This document shows positions 36,732 to 47,965 of a stretch of 64,000 bases of DNA, in pieces. A program made the position numbers and the translations under genes. This DNA comes from Lytechinus pictus (Eukaryota). The notes under the pieces were generated by a model. The model saw nothing but the letters and a program-made list of their open reading frames with translations. It was not told where the DNA came from and made no database searches. The stretch's first letter is position 1. Every line of letters begins with the position of its first letter. The stretch covers positions 14,570,001 through 14,634,000 of the forward strand of contig NC_087250.1 of the NCBI RefSeq assembly GCF_037042905.1. The letters are read 5' to 3'.

Positions 36732-39700
36732 TATATTTGTGAGATTTCAATGGTTTCCTTAAAAAAGTGTGGAAAGTGGAAACTTATATTTTCTTATTCT
36801 TTTACTATACATGTAAATGTATGGAACATATATGTTGATGCTTTTCGCTGAAAGACATATACAATGTGATGTATAGAACACTGGAAAGCAAGGAATTTTC
36901 ATTTTAAAAATCAGAATTCTTTGGACTTTGGTATACAGTGTGTCCCACAAAAAAAATGAAATCGAAATTTAGCAATGATTTATCATAACTTAATCACATA
37001 TACAATAGACAAATGACCTACCATTGTAAAGCTTAGAATCTCCTCTTTCAGCTGGTATAACATACAAGATTTCTCATCCATGCATGAGTGAATAAAAACA
37101 ATTTGAAGAAAGGATATCAAAAACTCATTTGGCAGTTGTTAAACAACTAGTAACAGGGGAGCAGCGTATAAATATGGTCAATATTTCATTTTACTACTGG
37201 TATTTTGTGTTTTGCAGATATGACAAGGCATGAGAATCACACGTAGGTGTGAGAGTTCAGCTTTTTATCTGATTTCATATTTTTTGGGGGGGGTTTGATT
37301 TTCAGCTTAATTTCAGTTAATTTTAGTTTTCCTCTGTTCAAAAACTGTGGGAGCTCTTTCTGTTTCAGTGTTTTTTTCCAACATTCTTTCAGCTTTTTTT
37401 CAGATATTTTTATTTGTGACCACTCACCCCTGACCACACTTTTTTGGAAGCAGGAGACCGTCAAAAACACGGATATACGTCGTGTAGTAATTCGAAATAC
37501 CACACGATGAATTATTTACGTCGTGTAGTAATTCGAATTACTACATTACACGACGCAATTCCGAATTACTACCCAACGATTTGTCATGACGTTAAATGAA
37601 TAGTGTCGCTACATCAAATAATTAAGGTCGTGTAGTAATTCGAATTACTACACGACGTAAATGATTACGTAGTGTAGTAATTCCAATTACTACACTACCT
37701 AAAGAATTACGTTGTGTAGTAAATAATTACTACACGACGTAATTCCGATTTACTGCTCAACGATTTAACGTCGTGACGTTAAATCAACCAATGAGATCGT
37801 TCGTTATTTGCGATGACGGCCGCAGACGTGAAACTACATACATTATATGTACCGCCGCCGTAGAGCTGTATATACAGCTCTATGACCGCCGCGTACAAAA
37901 TCAAATCCAGCTAGCTAGCTGCATGCATGATTATATGCGCCGTCCGTTATTGAAATATGATTGATCTCTCAGTTATTATTTTGCAATTATTCCCTAACAA
38001 GCTAACATCATTTGACAAGCATTTAATGTTGTGAAGTCAAATTCAGTTTTGTAAAGTGTGAAAAGCAATTTTTTAATAAATGCACCAGTATGTTTTTATG
38101 GGAACACTTTAGTTTTAATTTGTAAATATGTTAATATCATTGTAAATGATCATCTTCATGGAAAGGGGGAAAAGACCTTAAGGAGGAAGAGCTAAAATCA
38201 ATTCTTCCATGAGTAAATGGTTTAATTTCTGTCTTTAATCATTCATTTTCACACATTACCAATGTTTGCAAAACTCAAAAATATGATTCCCTTTTACCGC
38301 ATTTCATTCATTATTAATTTTCTTTTTGAAAATAAAAGGAAACAAGCAGTCTCTTTCTCAAAAGATATTTTTGTGCAAGAACACAATAAACAACTTTGTA
38401 ACAACAACGCGTCTCCTTACGGAGGGAAGGGACGCCCAACATGATTTACAAAGATCCCCTTTCTCCATGACCACAGATGCAATTCAAACAGGGTTTCTGC
38501 AAGATGTTGGTAAGAAGTTATAGATTCATACCCTGAAATAGCATTATGATTGATCTATCATAAAAGTTATCGATGTAGAAAGTCCGATTGTAATTTTGGG
38601 GGGGGGACATGAGGTATAGCATAAGAAATGTCAGGAAGGGGAGTCTTGTATAGCATAAGAATTATTCTACAGGAATTTGGTCCATAAATCAAAGCTAACA
38701 AAATGTGTATGAATTATTGGTCATTTATTGGAGAAGTTTAGTCTTACCTAGGATGTCACTTATTTTGTACAAAAGGAAATTTTCTGTTCTGTGATTTTGG
38801 ACACCCTCTATTTCCTGCCTTTAATTATTTTGTACCAACATCTTTACTGGGAATTTTTTTTACAGTCAACATCTCACAAGATGAATTTTTGTTGACCAAA
38901 AGATATAAGAGGACTTTGTTAGAGGTATAGATACAATTAGGTACAGAAAAAAAAGTAAACACGTTTTTTTTTTAAGGAACATTTGAATTTAATACTTTAT
39001 GAAAGTTAAAGTATTTAACTTTCATACAGGTTTCACAGTACAACAGATGATGTGATTTCACCAATCAACTGTGTTTTCTTCTTCAAACAAAAAATCAATG
39101 TGACATTGTGTACATGTATGTGTGTTGGGAATGTCATTCATGTTACACTTAAACAAATTGATATATAATCACAATGTATATGGCTGACAGTGGTTCCATA
39201 GTTCAGAAATATTCTGAACTAATTTCATACATAATACATCGCAAGGCTTATAGGTATCAATTAAACCCAACAGGCTAGAAAAGTATTTACCACAATAAGC
39301 AACCATGAAAACAAAAAGCTGGAGTAACTGCAGGGAATAAGTTATTTTAATTATTTGACATAGTTGATAAATACTGTTCTAAAAATACAAACATTCTAAA
39401 AAAGTACAGACCTTCATGGAATACTTTTCAATACTATTCAATACAGTATATATTGTAAAGAGAAAACCCCAAAACCTAACGCCCAACTAAGGCCGAAATA
39501 GAATACCTTTCACAATAAACACACATTGTACGATAGTAATATCAATTCTTTGTTTAAGATTTGAACATGTTCAATGAATGAATATTGCAGTAAAAATGTC
39601 TTTCTGGACTATACCTGCATAGTTAAAGACTGTACATGGCAATATCAATGCTTTGCCTAAGTCATGAACTAAAAACAAACAAACAAATAAAAACACCAGA

Positions 39701-40815
39701 CTAGCTGGCAATATGTTTCCTATACAAAAAAATACAATGTTCCTGGCAATATCAATGCTTATAAACTAATAAAATAAACATCTTTCTTACAACATGAAAG
39801 ACAACAAACCCGACTAGCTGTGCTTTGAATGTGCGCATTCGAAAATGATGCCTTGGCCATTGCATGAGTTTTATATCAACCCCAAATTAACATGCACTGA
39901 ATTTATTCATCAACTCAATTTTGACAGAAATCTTTCAACCAGATCTATATTTGCATTTATATCCCTCTTATGAATATTTATGAGTATTCTAGATAAACGA
40001 TTGGTCGATTTGTGATCATGTGACAAAGTATAATTTCAATAGGAAAACACATCGCTGCAATTAGCTCCGTAGGGGAACTTGTGACACTTTTTGCATTTTC
40101 CATGTTAGAATTGATATGACTAGTAATATTGTAGAAATAAGTACCTTGCCTTTAAATTTGATTCTTGGGAAATATTTTTCACCTATATATATATATCATC
40201 TTGACCTTTGAAAAAAACGATGTCAAATGGCTCAACTTGCCCCATCTGTGGGGTAACTTGTGCCACCGTCCGGGGTAAGTTGAGCCACAAAAACTATGTA
40301 CAAAAAATGTATGCGGGAAGAACCAGGATGTCAATTTTTCATTTAAAGTCTTTTCACTTGCTAATTCTCTATAAATACTAACATCTTCTAAAAGTAAAAG
40401 AACTGTCATGTGCATTTGCTCCTTTCTGCCTGCATATCAATGGCTTTTTATGTTTGTTTTTTTTTTATATCAAACATTACCATAAGAATTACCATGGCTA
40501 AACTTGCCCCATGTTGGTTGGCTTAAATTACCCCAGTCCGAACTTTTTGCGATATTTTCACATCCACACATTTCTTATGCATCCATCATGTAAAAGACTA
40601 TGACAAGAATGAGAATCAATACCTGGACTAACAATATTGATCTTACTAAATAGGTTCATTATTGCGGATTGAAATAATCGCTAGAGGGTATTCATTTGTC
40701 TCGCAATCTACTATGGTCAACAAGGAAATTCGTGATCACTCTCGCAAAAAGTGTTCACTGGCTTTCTAGGAAATTCGTGATCACTCTCGCAAAAAGTGTT
40801 CACTAGCTTACAAGT

Positions 40816-40856
40816 TCACGAGCTTTCGAGTGCCGCTGCAACTCTTTATCAAGTGA
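40816..40856 (-). ncRNA. Mirror copy of the minimal hammerhead ribozyme motif
   Basis: Reverse complement of 42579-42619. Confidence 0.75.
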
Positions 40857-41054
40857 CGAAAATTATCTGATGACGTACTCTATTTATACTAATCTCCAGG
40901 ACCGTACGCACGAACGCGAGAACAATAGGTGGGTATTGATCCGTTGCGTCGGTATGCGGCGCGGCCGGTAATCCGTATATGCAAATAAGCCGGGGGTATA
41001 TGCAAATACGCCGTGGGTCGGCGATATGCAAATTAGACAAAATTGGCGGGCTCG

Positions 41055-41676
41055 CTAGTTTCCCGTGGGCGGGGGCTGACTAGCTGAGCGGTCCCTCGTT
41101 CGGGGCCGGGAATGATCGGGTCGGCGTGCACTGCCAGGCAAGGGGGTATTGTGCTGTCTGATGGTTCGCATCCAGAAGTCGGGGATGTCGATCCCGCTGT
41201 CTCTGTTGAAGTTGTTAGGACAAAGACGTATACTAATAGCCTCCTTAATCCTGCGTGTATACCAATGTCTCTCTTTGGCAATGCAATGTACACCCTCCCA
41301 ATCTGGGTGGTGTTGTTTCTCCCAAGCATGTTCTGCCACCGCGGATGTGTCGGTTCGCTGTAACTGAACATCGCGCTTGTGTTCAGAAATGCGTTCAACT
41401 ATCGGTCGGGCTGTTTCTCCGATGTAAGACCCGTCACATCCCTGGCAAGGAATGTTGTATACTACGCCATCACGTCTGTGATCAGGGATAGGGTCTTTGG
41501 GGTGTACAAGCTGTTTGTGTAAGGTGGTGTCCGAGCGGAAAACCGTTCGGATACCGTGACCTTCTAATCGGCGTTTAATTTGTTGTGAGAGGCCATCTAT
41601 GTATGGCAAGACTGTGCAAGTCTTGAAAACCTTCTGATCCCTTGGTGGTAGTTTTTTCTTGAAAGTGTTCTTGATA
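41055..41676 (-). pseudogene. Inverted copy of the Penelope-like GIY-YIG ORF fragment
   Basis: Reverse complement of 41759-42380 with three visible amino-acid differences. Confidence 0.9.
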
Positions 41677-42380
41677 TCATAACTCACCCACCTGAACTCC
41701 CGAAAGAAAGAGCACACATACGTGGCGCCTTGTACAGCAACGGCTACCCACGCCGTTTTATCAAGAACACTTTCAAGAAAAAACTACCACCAAGGGATCA
41801 GAAGGTTTTCAAGACTTGCACAGTCTTGCCATACATAGATGGCCTCTCACAACAACTTAAACGCCGATTAGAAGGTCACGGTATCCGAACGGTTTTCCGC
41901 TCGGACACCACCTTACACAAACAGCTTGTACACCCCAAAGACCCTATCCCTGATCACAGACGTGATGGCGTAGTATACAACATTCCTTGCCAGGGATGTG
42001 ACGGGTCTTACATCGGAGAAACAGCCCGACCGATAGTTGAACGCATTTCTGAACACAAGCGCGATGTTCGGTTACAGCGAACCGACACATCCGCGGTGGC
42101 AGAACATGCTTGGGAGAAACAACACCACCCAGATTGGGAGGGTGTACATTGCATTGCCAAAGAGAGACATTGGTATACACGCAGGATTAAGGAGGCTATT
42201 AGTATACGTCTTTGTCCTAACAACTTCAACAGAGACAGCGGGATCGACATCCCCGACTTCTGGATGCGAACCATCAGACAGCACAATACCCCCTTGCCTG
42301 GCAGTGCACGCCGACCCGATCGTTCCCGGCCCCGAACGAGGGACCGCTCAGCTAGTCAGCCCCCGCCCACGGGAAACTAG
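41674..42380 (+). pseudogene. Penelope-like element ORF 3' part (end of RT thumb NGYP plus GIY-YIG endonuclease), 5'-truncated
   Basis: NGYP; LPYI.GLS; GVVYNIPCQGCDGSYIGET...R..EH...EH (GIY-YIG with CCHH); no ATG start. Confidence 0.9.
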
Positions 42381-42578
42381 CGAGCCCGCCAATTTTGTCT
42401 AATTTGCATATCGCCGACCCACGGCGTATTTGCATATACCCCCGGCTTATTTGCATATACGGATTACCGGCCGCGCCGCATACCGACGCAACGGATCAAT
42501 ACCCACCTATTGTTCTCGCGTTCGTGCGTACGGTCCTGGAGATTAGTATAAATAGAGTACGTCATCAGATAATTTTCG

Positions 42579-42619
42579 TCACTTGATAAAGAGTTGCAGC
42601 GGCACTCGAAAGCTCGTGA
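42579..42619 (+). ncRNA. Minimal type I hammerhead ribozyme motif in the PLE pseudo-LTR
   Basis: TCAC-TTGATAA-A-GAGT(tgcagcggc)ACTC-GAAA-GC-TC-GTGA: stem I TCAC/GTGA, U3:A8 core variant, stem II, GAAA, palindromic AGCT in place of stem III. Confidence 0.75.
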
Positions 42620-44292
42620 ACTTGTAAGCTAGTGAACACTTTTTGCGAGAGTGATCACGAATTTCCTAGAAAGCCAGTGAACACTTTTTGCGAGAGTGAT
42701 CACGAATTTCCTTGTTGACCATAGTAGATTGCGAGACAAATGAATACCCTCTAGCGAATATTGATCTTATTTCTATAATATATTTAAAGACGTGTGTGGG
42801 TTAAAAGCACTTATCTATTTCACACCCTTTTTTACTTTTTTGGCTGAAATTTTTATTTTTCCCTCTAAAAAAGTACTTTTTGTTTCAAAGTTGAAAACAA
42901 TGTGGTGGGGTTAAGGGTTATGCAATGGGTCATCAATACATAACACCACCACAATGTCTGACTCATTATTAGCCTGGGGGAGGTGGCTCAACTTGCCCCT
43001 ATGCTCAACTTACCCCGCCTTCCCCTATAGTTTTCCTGTAGCTCCGTATATTTTTCGATATACTTTCATGGGCAGAACTGCGCATGCTCATGCTCGATAT
43101 TTTCTCTCAACTTTGAATTGCGCATGCTCCCTGACTTGACCCAGATATCGATCATCCGAAAAAAGTAAATAAAGTAAAATACAAGCTCTTGCCCAAATTA
43201 CCGTACCGACAATCTAAAAAACAGTGTGGAATTGGGTCTTGATTACAATGCAGAAAATCTAATTCCGACGGCCATAATTCATACAGGATCTTTTACTATG
43301 GAATAAACATACCTAACATAACAAGGTGAGTCAAGATCCGATACTAATTTTTAGAGCATACATTTTAACTGCGCGTATTTATTTTGAGCGCCACTGCAGC
43401 AACGGCCAACGCAATGCAGCGGACGTCTCATTAAGTGCAGTCGGGTAGAAGCCGCGCGCAGCCTACCCATGAACTGTCTAGCAATTAGCTCGACAGGCCT
43501 AGAGTACTAGGTCCAGCAACGTTAGATTTGGTCGAGATTGGTTCCGGTACAATACTCTGTAGTCTCAGCTCTTCGCATTGCGCTCATATAACGAACGATC
43601 TCATTGGTTGATTTAACGTCACTACACTAATTCATTTAACGTCATGACGTTAAATCGTTGAGCAGTAATTTGGAATTACGTCGTGTAGTAATTATTTACT
43701 ACACGACGTAATTCTTTAGGTAGTGTAGTAATTGGAATTACTACACGAAGCACGAGCTGAAAATTTGTGACATTCCAACCTAAAAAAATAAAAATTCTAA
43801 GCATATTTTGTATTCATGGGCAGGATAGGCATATAACTAAACAATGCGTGTAGTAATTGGAATTACTACACGACGTAATTATTTACGTCGTGTAGTTTTT
43901 CGAATTGCTACACGACCTCAATTATTTAATGTAGCGACACTAATTCATTTAACGTCATGACATTAAATCGTTGGGCAGTAATTCGGAATTGCGTCGTGTA
44001 GTATTTTGAATTACTACACGACGTAATTATTTACGTCGTGTAGTAAATTGAATTACGACACGACGTATATCCGTGTTTTTGACGGTCTCCTGCTTCCATA
44101 TACTTTTGTACAACAGAGTGTGTATGCAGCAACAAACAGAATCAGTATTCACAGCTGCCTACCATGAAGAAAACTCACTACTTTTTTTGAAAAGATGATG
44201 TGAAAAGGATAGTATAAAAGGTTTTTTTTTTTTTTAGTATGAATTCAGGGTTGATAGAAGGGGGAAAGAGAAAGTATCCTGAAATGAAATAC

Positions 44293-44648
44293 CAGGGTTC
44301 CCAGCCCATCAGGGAAATCAGGGAAAATTATTTTACTTTTTATCCAGTCAGGGAAAAATCAGGGAATTTGATAGAAAATACCTCAAATTGGGGAAAAATC
44401 AGGGAATTTTGATCAGCCCAAAAGTCGAAAGCACGGTAGTCAGATTCTGTTATATTTTGTTCAATCCATTGAATGACTGGTTATTGTGGAACTAATTAGT
44501 TTTACATCATTGTTTTTATACTGAAAATACATGTAATTCACTGCAACAACTTAGAAAACATGCAAAACTGGGAATGGGTTTAAATCATTATCAGGTAATT
44601 TTAAACTGAATCAGGGAATTTTGTTTTCTTGAAAATCTGGGAACCCTG
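44293..44648. mobile_element. CAGGGTTCCCAG-TIR MITE with 5-bp TSD AATAC (paralogous copy 54164-54525)
   Basis: Perfect 12-bp TIR; internal TCAGGGAA repeats; AATAC on both sides. Confidence 0.8.
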
Positions 44649-45223
44649 AATACAGAGCAGTATACATGTACATTTAGGGTCAATGGGTAGATCTACTATA
44701 TTATTGCATGCCTTCCACTTCTTAATAATTGTAATAATTATAGCCAGCTTTATAGAGTGCTTTTTGCCTGAGGATGCAAAGTGCTGCTTTTATTACCCCA
44801 GCTGTAGCTCGAGTTGCCATCACCAGCGCTCGCTCAGTGCATTCAAGGAATCAATCCTGCCGGTACCCATTCAATTTGCCTGGTCGAGCGCAGTACAGTG
44901 TGGATAAATTTCTTGCTGACATATAAACACACCATGCCTAAGATTCAAACCCACGACCCTCTGTTTAAAAGGCGAGAGTCAGAACCACCACATCATGATG
45001 CACCCACCCGGTTCCTGGTTGTAGAAAAGTTAATACTATGGGAACTTTGCCAACCAATGGAAACCCGTAGCGCTCCACATCCAATCAAATTTAAGGATTT
45101 CATGGAGGTAACCATTTGTAGCAAAGTTTAATACCATTGAAGTAACCTTCTGCAACATGGTCCTGGAGAGGACAAGTGGAAAAAAAGTCTTGATCACCTT
45201 AAGGTTTTTATTTTTAAAATGGA

Positions 45224-47965
45224 TTAAACAGGTATAACACTATTGATAGCCCTATTGGATCTCATGCTCTTCTCAAACTGAGCCCAGAAGAGTTCCTGAC
45301 CATCCTCATCATCTGTCCAGAGCATGTAAGGTTTGTTCTTACTCAGGAACAACCGAACTAGGTACGGAAGGTCAGCATCCCGGATGTCCTCAAGGAAAAT
45401 CAGGATGACCATGTCCAGTTTGGTATCGTTCATTTGCTCCAGGGCGATGCGCAACTTGGTCAAGAACCAAGCGTCATTTATACAGTTATAGCTGATCAAA
45501 AGGACCGTCTTGAAACTGTTATCAACAACATAGTGAAGAGCATTGATGTAGAACATCGCAATGTTGAGGTCATTGTCCCCAAAGGCCACCTTCTGGAGAT
45601 GTGGAAACCTTTCCTGCAGAACTGGCTTCAGGACGCCGTCAACCCATTCCTGGTCGTCTTCGTTATACATAATGTTTAGCTGGTATTCGTAGTCCTGTGC
45701 ATCAAATTCATGGTTGATTTCCTCGTAGCCAAAGATGGCTAGCTTCAGGAGGAAGAACTTGTAGTTCAGCCACCATCGCTGCCGGTAAGCCACCAGGCCA
45801 ATCACCAATACCAGAAGACCTGAAAGGCATACACTTGTGATCATCACAAAGTTTATTCCACAATATTTGTCTGGGTTAAATGTTAGTATGGGTGAATCCA
45901 CCTCTGCTTTGATTGATGTTAGTGAGCAGAGAGTTTGCTTTGGACGCCTGAGTTCAATGTTGCCAGAACGAAGCCATTTCACAAACCAACTCAGTTGGCA
46001 AGTACAGGAGAATGGGTTTCCAGCAGCATCTATTCTCAGTGTCGTATTCGTTGGGAAGGACGTCATTGGTTCTATGGTGGTGATTCTGTTTTGTTGGATG
46101 AAAAGACTGTGCAAAGAGGTGGTTTCCTTGAACAATGTTCTTGGAATAGTCTCAAGTTTATTATTGCCTAAGAACAGAACAGCAAGGTGGTGTTGCCTTT
46201 GAAGTAGGGACTCAGGTACCTTCATAATCGCATTGTCCCGGACGTCCAGAGTTGTGAGGGCAGTCAGGCTATCAAAGACACCACAGCTCAGAACTGATAT
46301 AGTACACTGAGACAGGTAAAGAACCCTGAGTTTTTTCAAGGGGTTGAAAGTACCTGGCGCTAATATATAAAACTGATTTTGTCTTAGGTCCAGAACTATC
46401 AGGGAATTTAATCCCCAAAAGAGGGTCCTATTTGTCTTAGAATGGTGTATATCTGCACTTTTCAAGCTGCAGTCGCGCATGATTAGCCTATTGAGTGATG
46501 AAGCATTCGTAAATTGGCTCAGGGTGGTCATCTTTAACGGAGCGAAGGACAAGTCCAACACTTGCAGATGTTCCAGGTAGCGAAAAGCGCCGTTGATGAT
46601 TTGCTGATTCTCGTTAGTGATATGCAGCTTTTGAAGGTGTCTCAAGTTGATAAAGGAGTATGGGGAGTATGTCTGAGAGATGCCATTGTTGGACATGTTC
46701 AGAATTTGAAGATTTGCGAAACTCCACATAAAGAACCTTCGGATTGTTTTGAATTTGTTAGAAGACAGGTCTATATGTTCTACTGAAGGAATTGTCACGT
46801 TACTCCTAGGAATTTCTTCTATATTATTATGTGCTAAGTTGAGGTGGGAGAGTGAGGATAAGCCTGATACTAAATCAATAAACAGACTTGCAATCTGATT
46901 ACTATTCAGCTTAAGTGTGGATAACATGTGCAGGCAGGAGAATGTCTTAAAGCTCAGAGTTGTCATGCAATTATAAGACAAATCCAAATCAATTAGGTTG
47001 TCCAATCCACAGAATGATTTACTAGATAAGTTGGCAACTCTGTTTCTATGAAGTGAAATTTTTTTTGTCTGATTGAACCCCCAAAACGCATAATCAGGTA
47101 AATATCGTATTCTGTTTCCTGTCATGATTATCATAGATATTTGACCATGATCTTCTAGAGCAATGTGAGATTTGTTCCCTGAAATTATATATTCAATCTT
47201 GCAAGCATTTAAATCTAGATGTGTAATAGCACTTCTCCCTATAATCACTGAGGGAATAAAGTTTTGAAAATTGTTGTGTGACAGCAACAACCAATTCACT
47301 GTCTTCAAATAGGAGAAAACCTTAAAAGGAAGAGTCTGTAAGGCATTTCCTCTTAGGTATAGTTTTTCTAGTGAGCAGTTCTGTAGCGGTTCAAAGTCAA
47401 GGGCATCAAGAAAAGCGATTCTATTCTGAGATACATCAAGGGTCGTGATGCTGGTGGACCAAGGAAGTGCACTGCGTGGGAAAGAAACCAATCTGTTTTT
47501 GCCGAGAATGAGTATAGAGAGGAAACGGTTTTCACGGAACAACCCTGGGGGAAGAGAAACAAGTATGTTGTCTCGTAGACTTAATTTCCTGAGGTGACTC
47601 AGAGACTCAAAGGCACCATGTTCTATCTTCGACAGAACATTGTGTTCAAGTCCTAAGGAAGTGATATTTGGGTAATATGCAAAAGAGCCGTTGAACAAGG
47701 TTGATATCTTATTGAAGGAGAGATCGACCATTACTATGTTCCGTGGAAGGTCCTGAGGAACAGATTTGAGGTGTAGGTGAGTGCAGATGGCTTTTGTTCC
47801 AAGGCTTGTGTTCTTGAGGATGCATCCTTCGGTCGACTCAGAGCTGAGACTTCCTGAAACATCCTTGAAAGGCCGCTCAGCCAGAAGCAGGGACATGGTA
47901 AGGAGCAGTATCCCCAGACAGGAGGAAACCCTTGAGGCATTCATGGTGGTATTAACAGCCAGCAT
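45224..47965 (-). CDS. Toll-like receptor copy B (intronless, 913 aa)
   Basis: Same architecture; close paralog of copy A at offset 12750. Confidence 0.97.
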   Translation of the reverse strand: MLAVNTTMNASRVSSCLGILLLTMSLLLAERPFKDVSGSLSSESTEGCILKNTSLGTKAICTHLHLKSVPQDLPRNIVMVDLSFNKISTLFNGSFAYYPNITSLGLEHNVLSKIEHGAFESLSHLRKLSLRDNILVSLPPGLFRENRFLSILILGKNRLVSFPRSALPWSTSITTLDVSQNRIAFLDALDFEPLQNCSLEKLYLRGNALQTLPFKVFSYLKTVNWLLLSHNNFQNFIPSVIIGRSAITHLDLNACKIEYIISGNKSHIALEDHGQISMIIMTGNRIRYLPDYAFWGFNQTKKISLHRNRVANLSSKSFCGLDNLIDLDLSYNCMTTLSFKTFSCLHMLSTLKLNSNQIASLFIDLVSGLSSLSHLNLAHNNIEEIPRSNVTIPSVEHIDLSSNKFKTIRRFFMWSFANLQILNMSNNGISQTYSPYSFINLRHLQKLHITNENQQIINGAFRYLEHLQVLDLSFAPLKMTTLSQFTNASSLNRLIMRDCSLKSADIHHSKTNRTLFWGLNSLIVLDLRQNQFYILAPGTFNPLKKLRVLYLSQCTISVLSCGVFDSLTALTTLDVRDNAIMKVPESLLQRQHHLAVLFLGNNKLETIPRTLFKETTSLHSLFIQQNRITTIEPMTSFPTNTTLRIDAAGNPFSCTCQLSWFVKWLRSGNIELRRPKQTLCSLTSIKAEVDSPILTFNPDKYCGINFVMITSVCLSGLLVLVIGLVAYRQRWWLNYKFFLLKLAIFGYEEINHEFDAQDYEYQLNIMYNEDDQEWVDGVLKPVLQERFPHLQKVAFGDNDLNIAMFYINALHYVVDNSFKTVLLISYNCINDAWFLTKLRIALEQMNDTKLDMVILIFLEDIRDADLPYLVRLFLSKNKPYMLWTDDEDGQELFWAQFEKSMRSNRAINSVIPV

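Larger units (their letters stand above)
40646..42756. mobile_element. Penelope-like retroelement insertion: two 5'-truncated copies in inverted (head-to-head) orientation
   Basis: Arms of about 1 kb (40678-41676 and 41759-42757); flanking 13-bp duplication AATATTGATCTTA (40633-40645 and 42757-42769); GIY-YIG ORF plus pseudo-LTR. Confidence 0.93.
40072..43025. mobile_element. TA-target MITE (GGGGAA...TTCCCC) interrupted by the Penelope pair
   Basis: TA duplication at 40070-40071 and 43026-43027; empty site CTCCGTATAGTTTTCC near 52645 in unit C. Confidence 0.8.
37444..44099. mobile_element. Non-autonomous TIR DNA transposon (unit B copy, with nested insertions)
   Basis: TIR TGGAAGCAGGAGACCGTCAAAAACACGGATATACG; subterminal ACTACACGACGTAATT arrays; about 8-bp TSD (ACACTTTT/ATACTTTT); empty site in unit A at 32073-32080. 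Confidence 0.88.

Noticed and set aside
36771-36784. IRF/ISRE-like GGAAAGTGGAAAC upstream of each TLR
   Set aside because: Spacing differs from GAAANNGAAA, and its presence in all units is explained by duplication.
38262-38523. Possible transposase exon inside the TIR element
   Set aside because: Short frames that differ between units B and C; no DDE, THAP or BED motif recognised.
40867-40873. CTGATGA hammerhead core or snoRNA box on the plus strand
   Set aside because: No downstream GAAA and stems; the supported hammerhead motif in this arm is on the minus strand.
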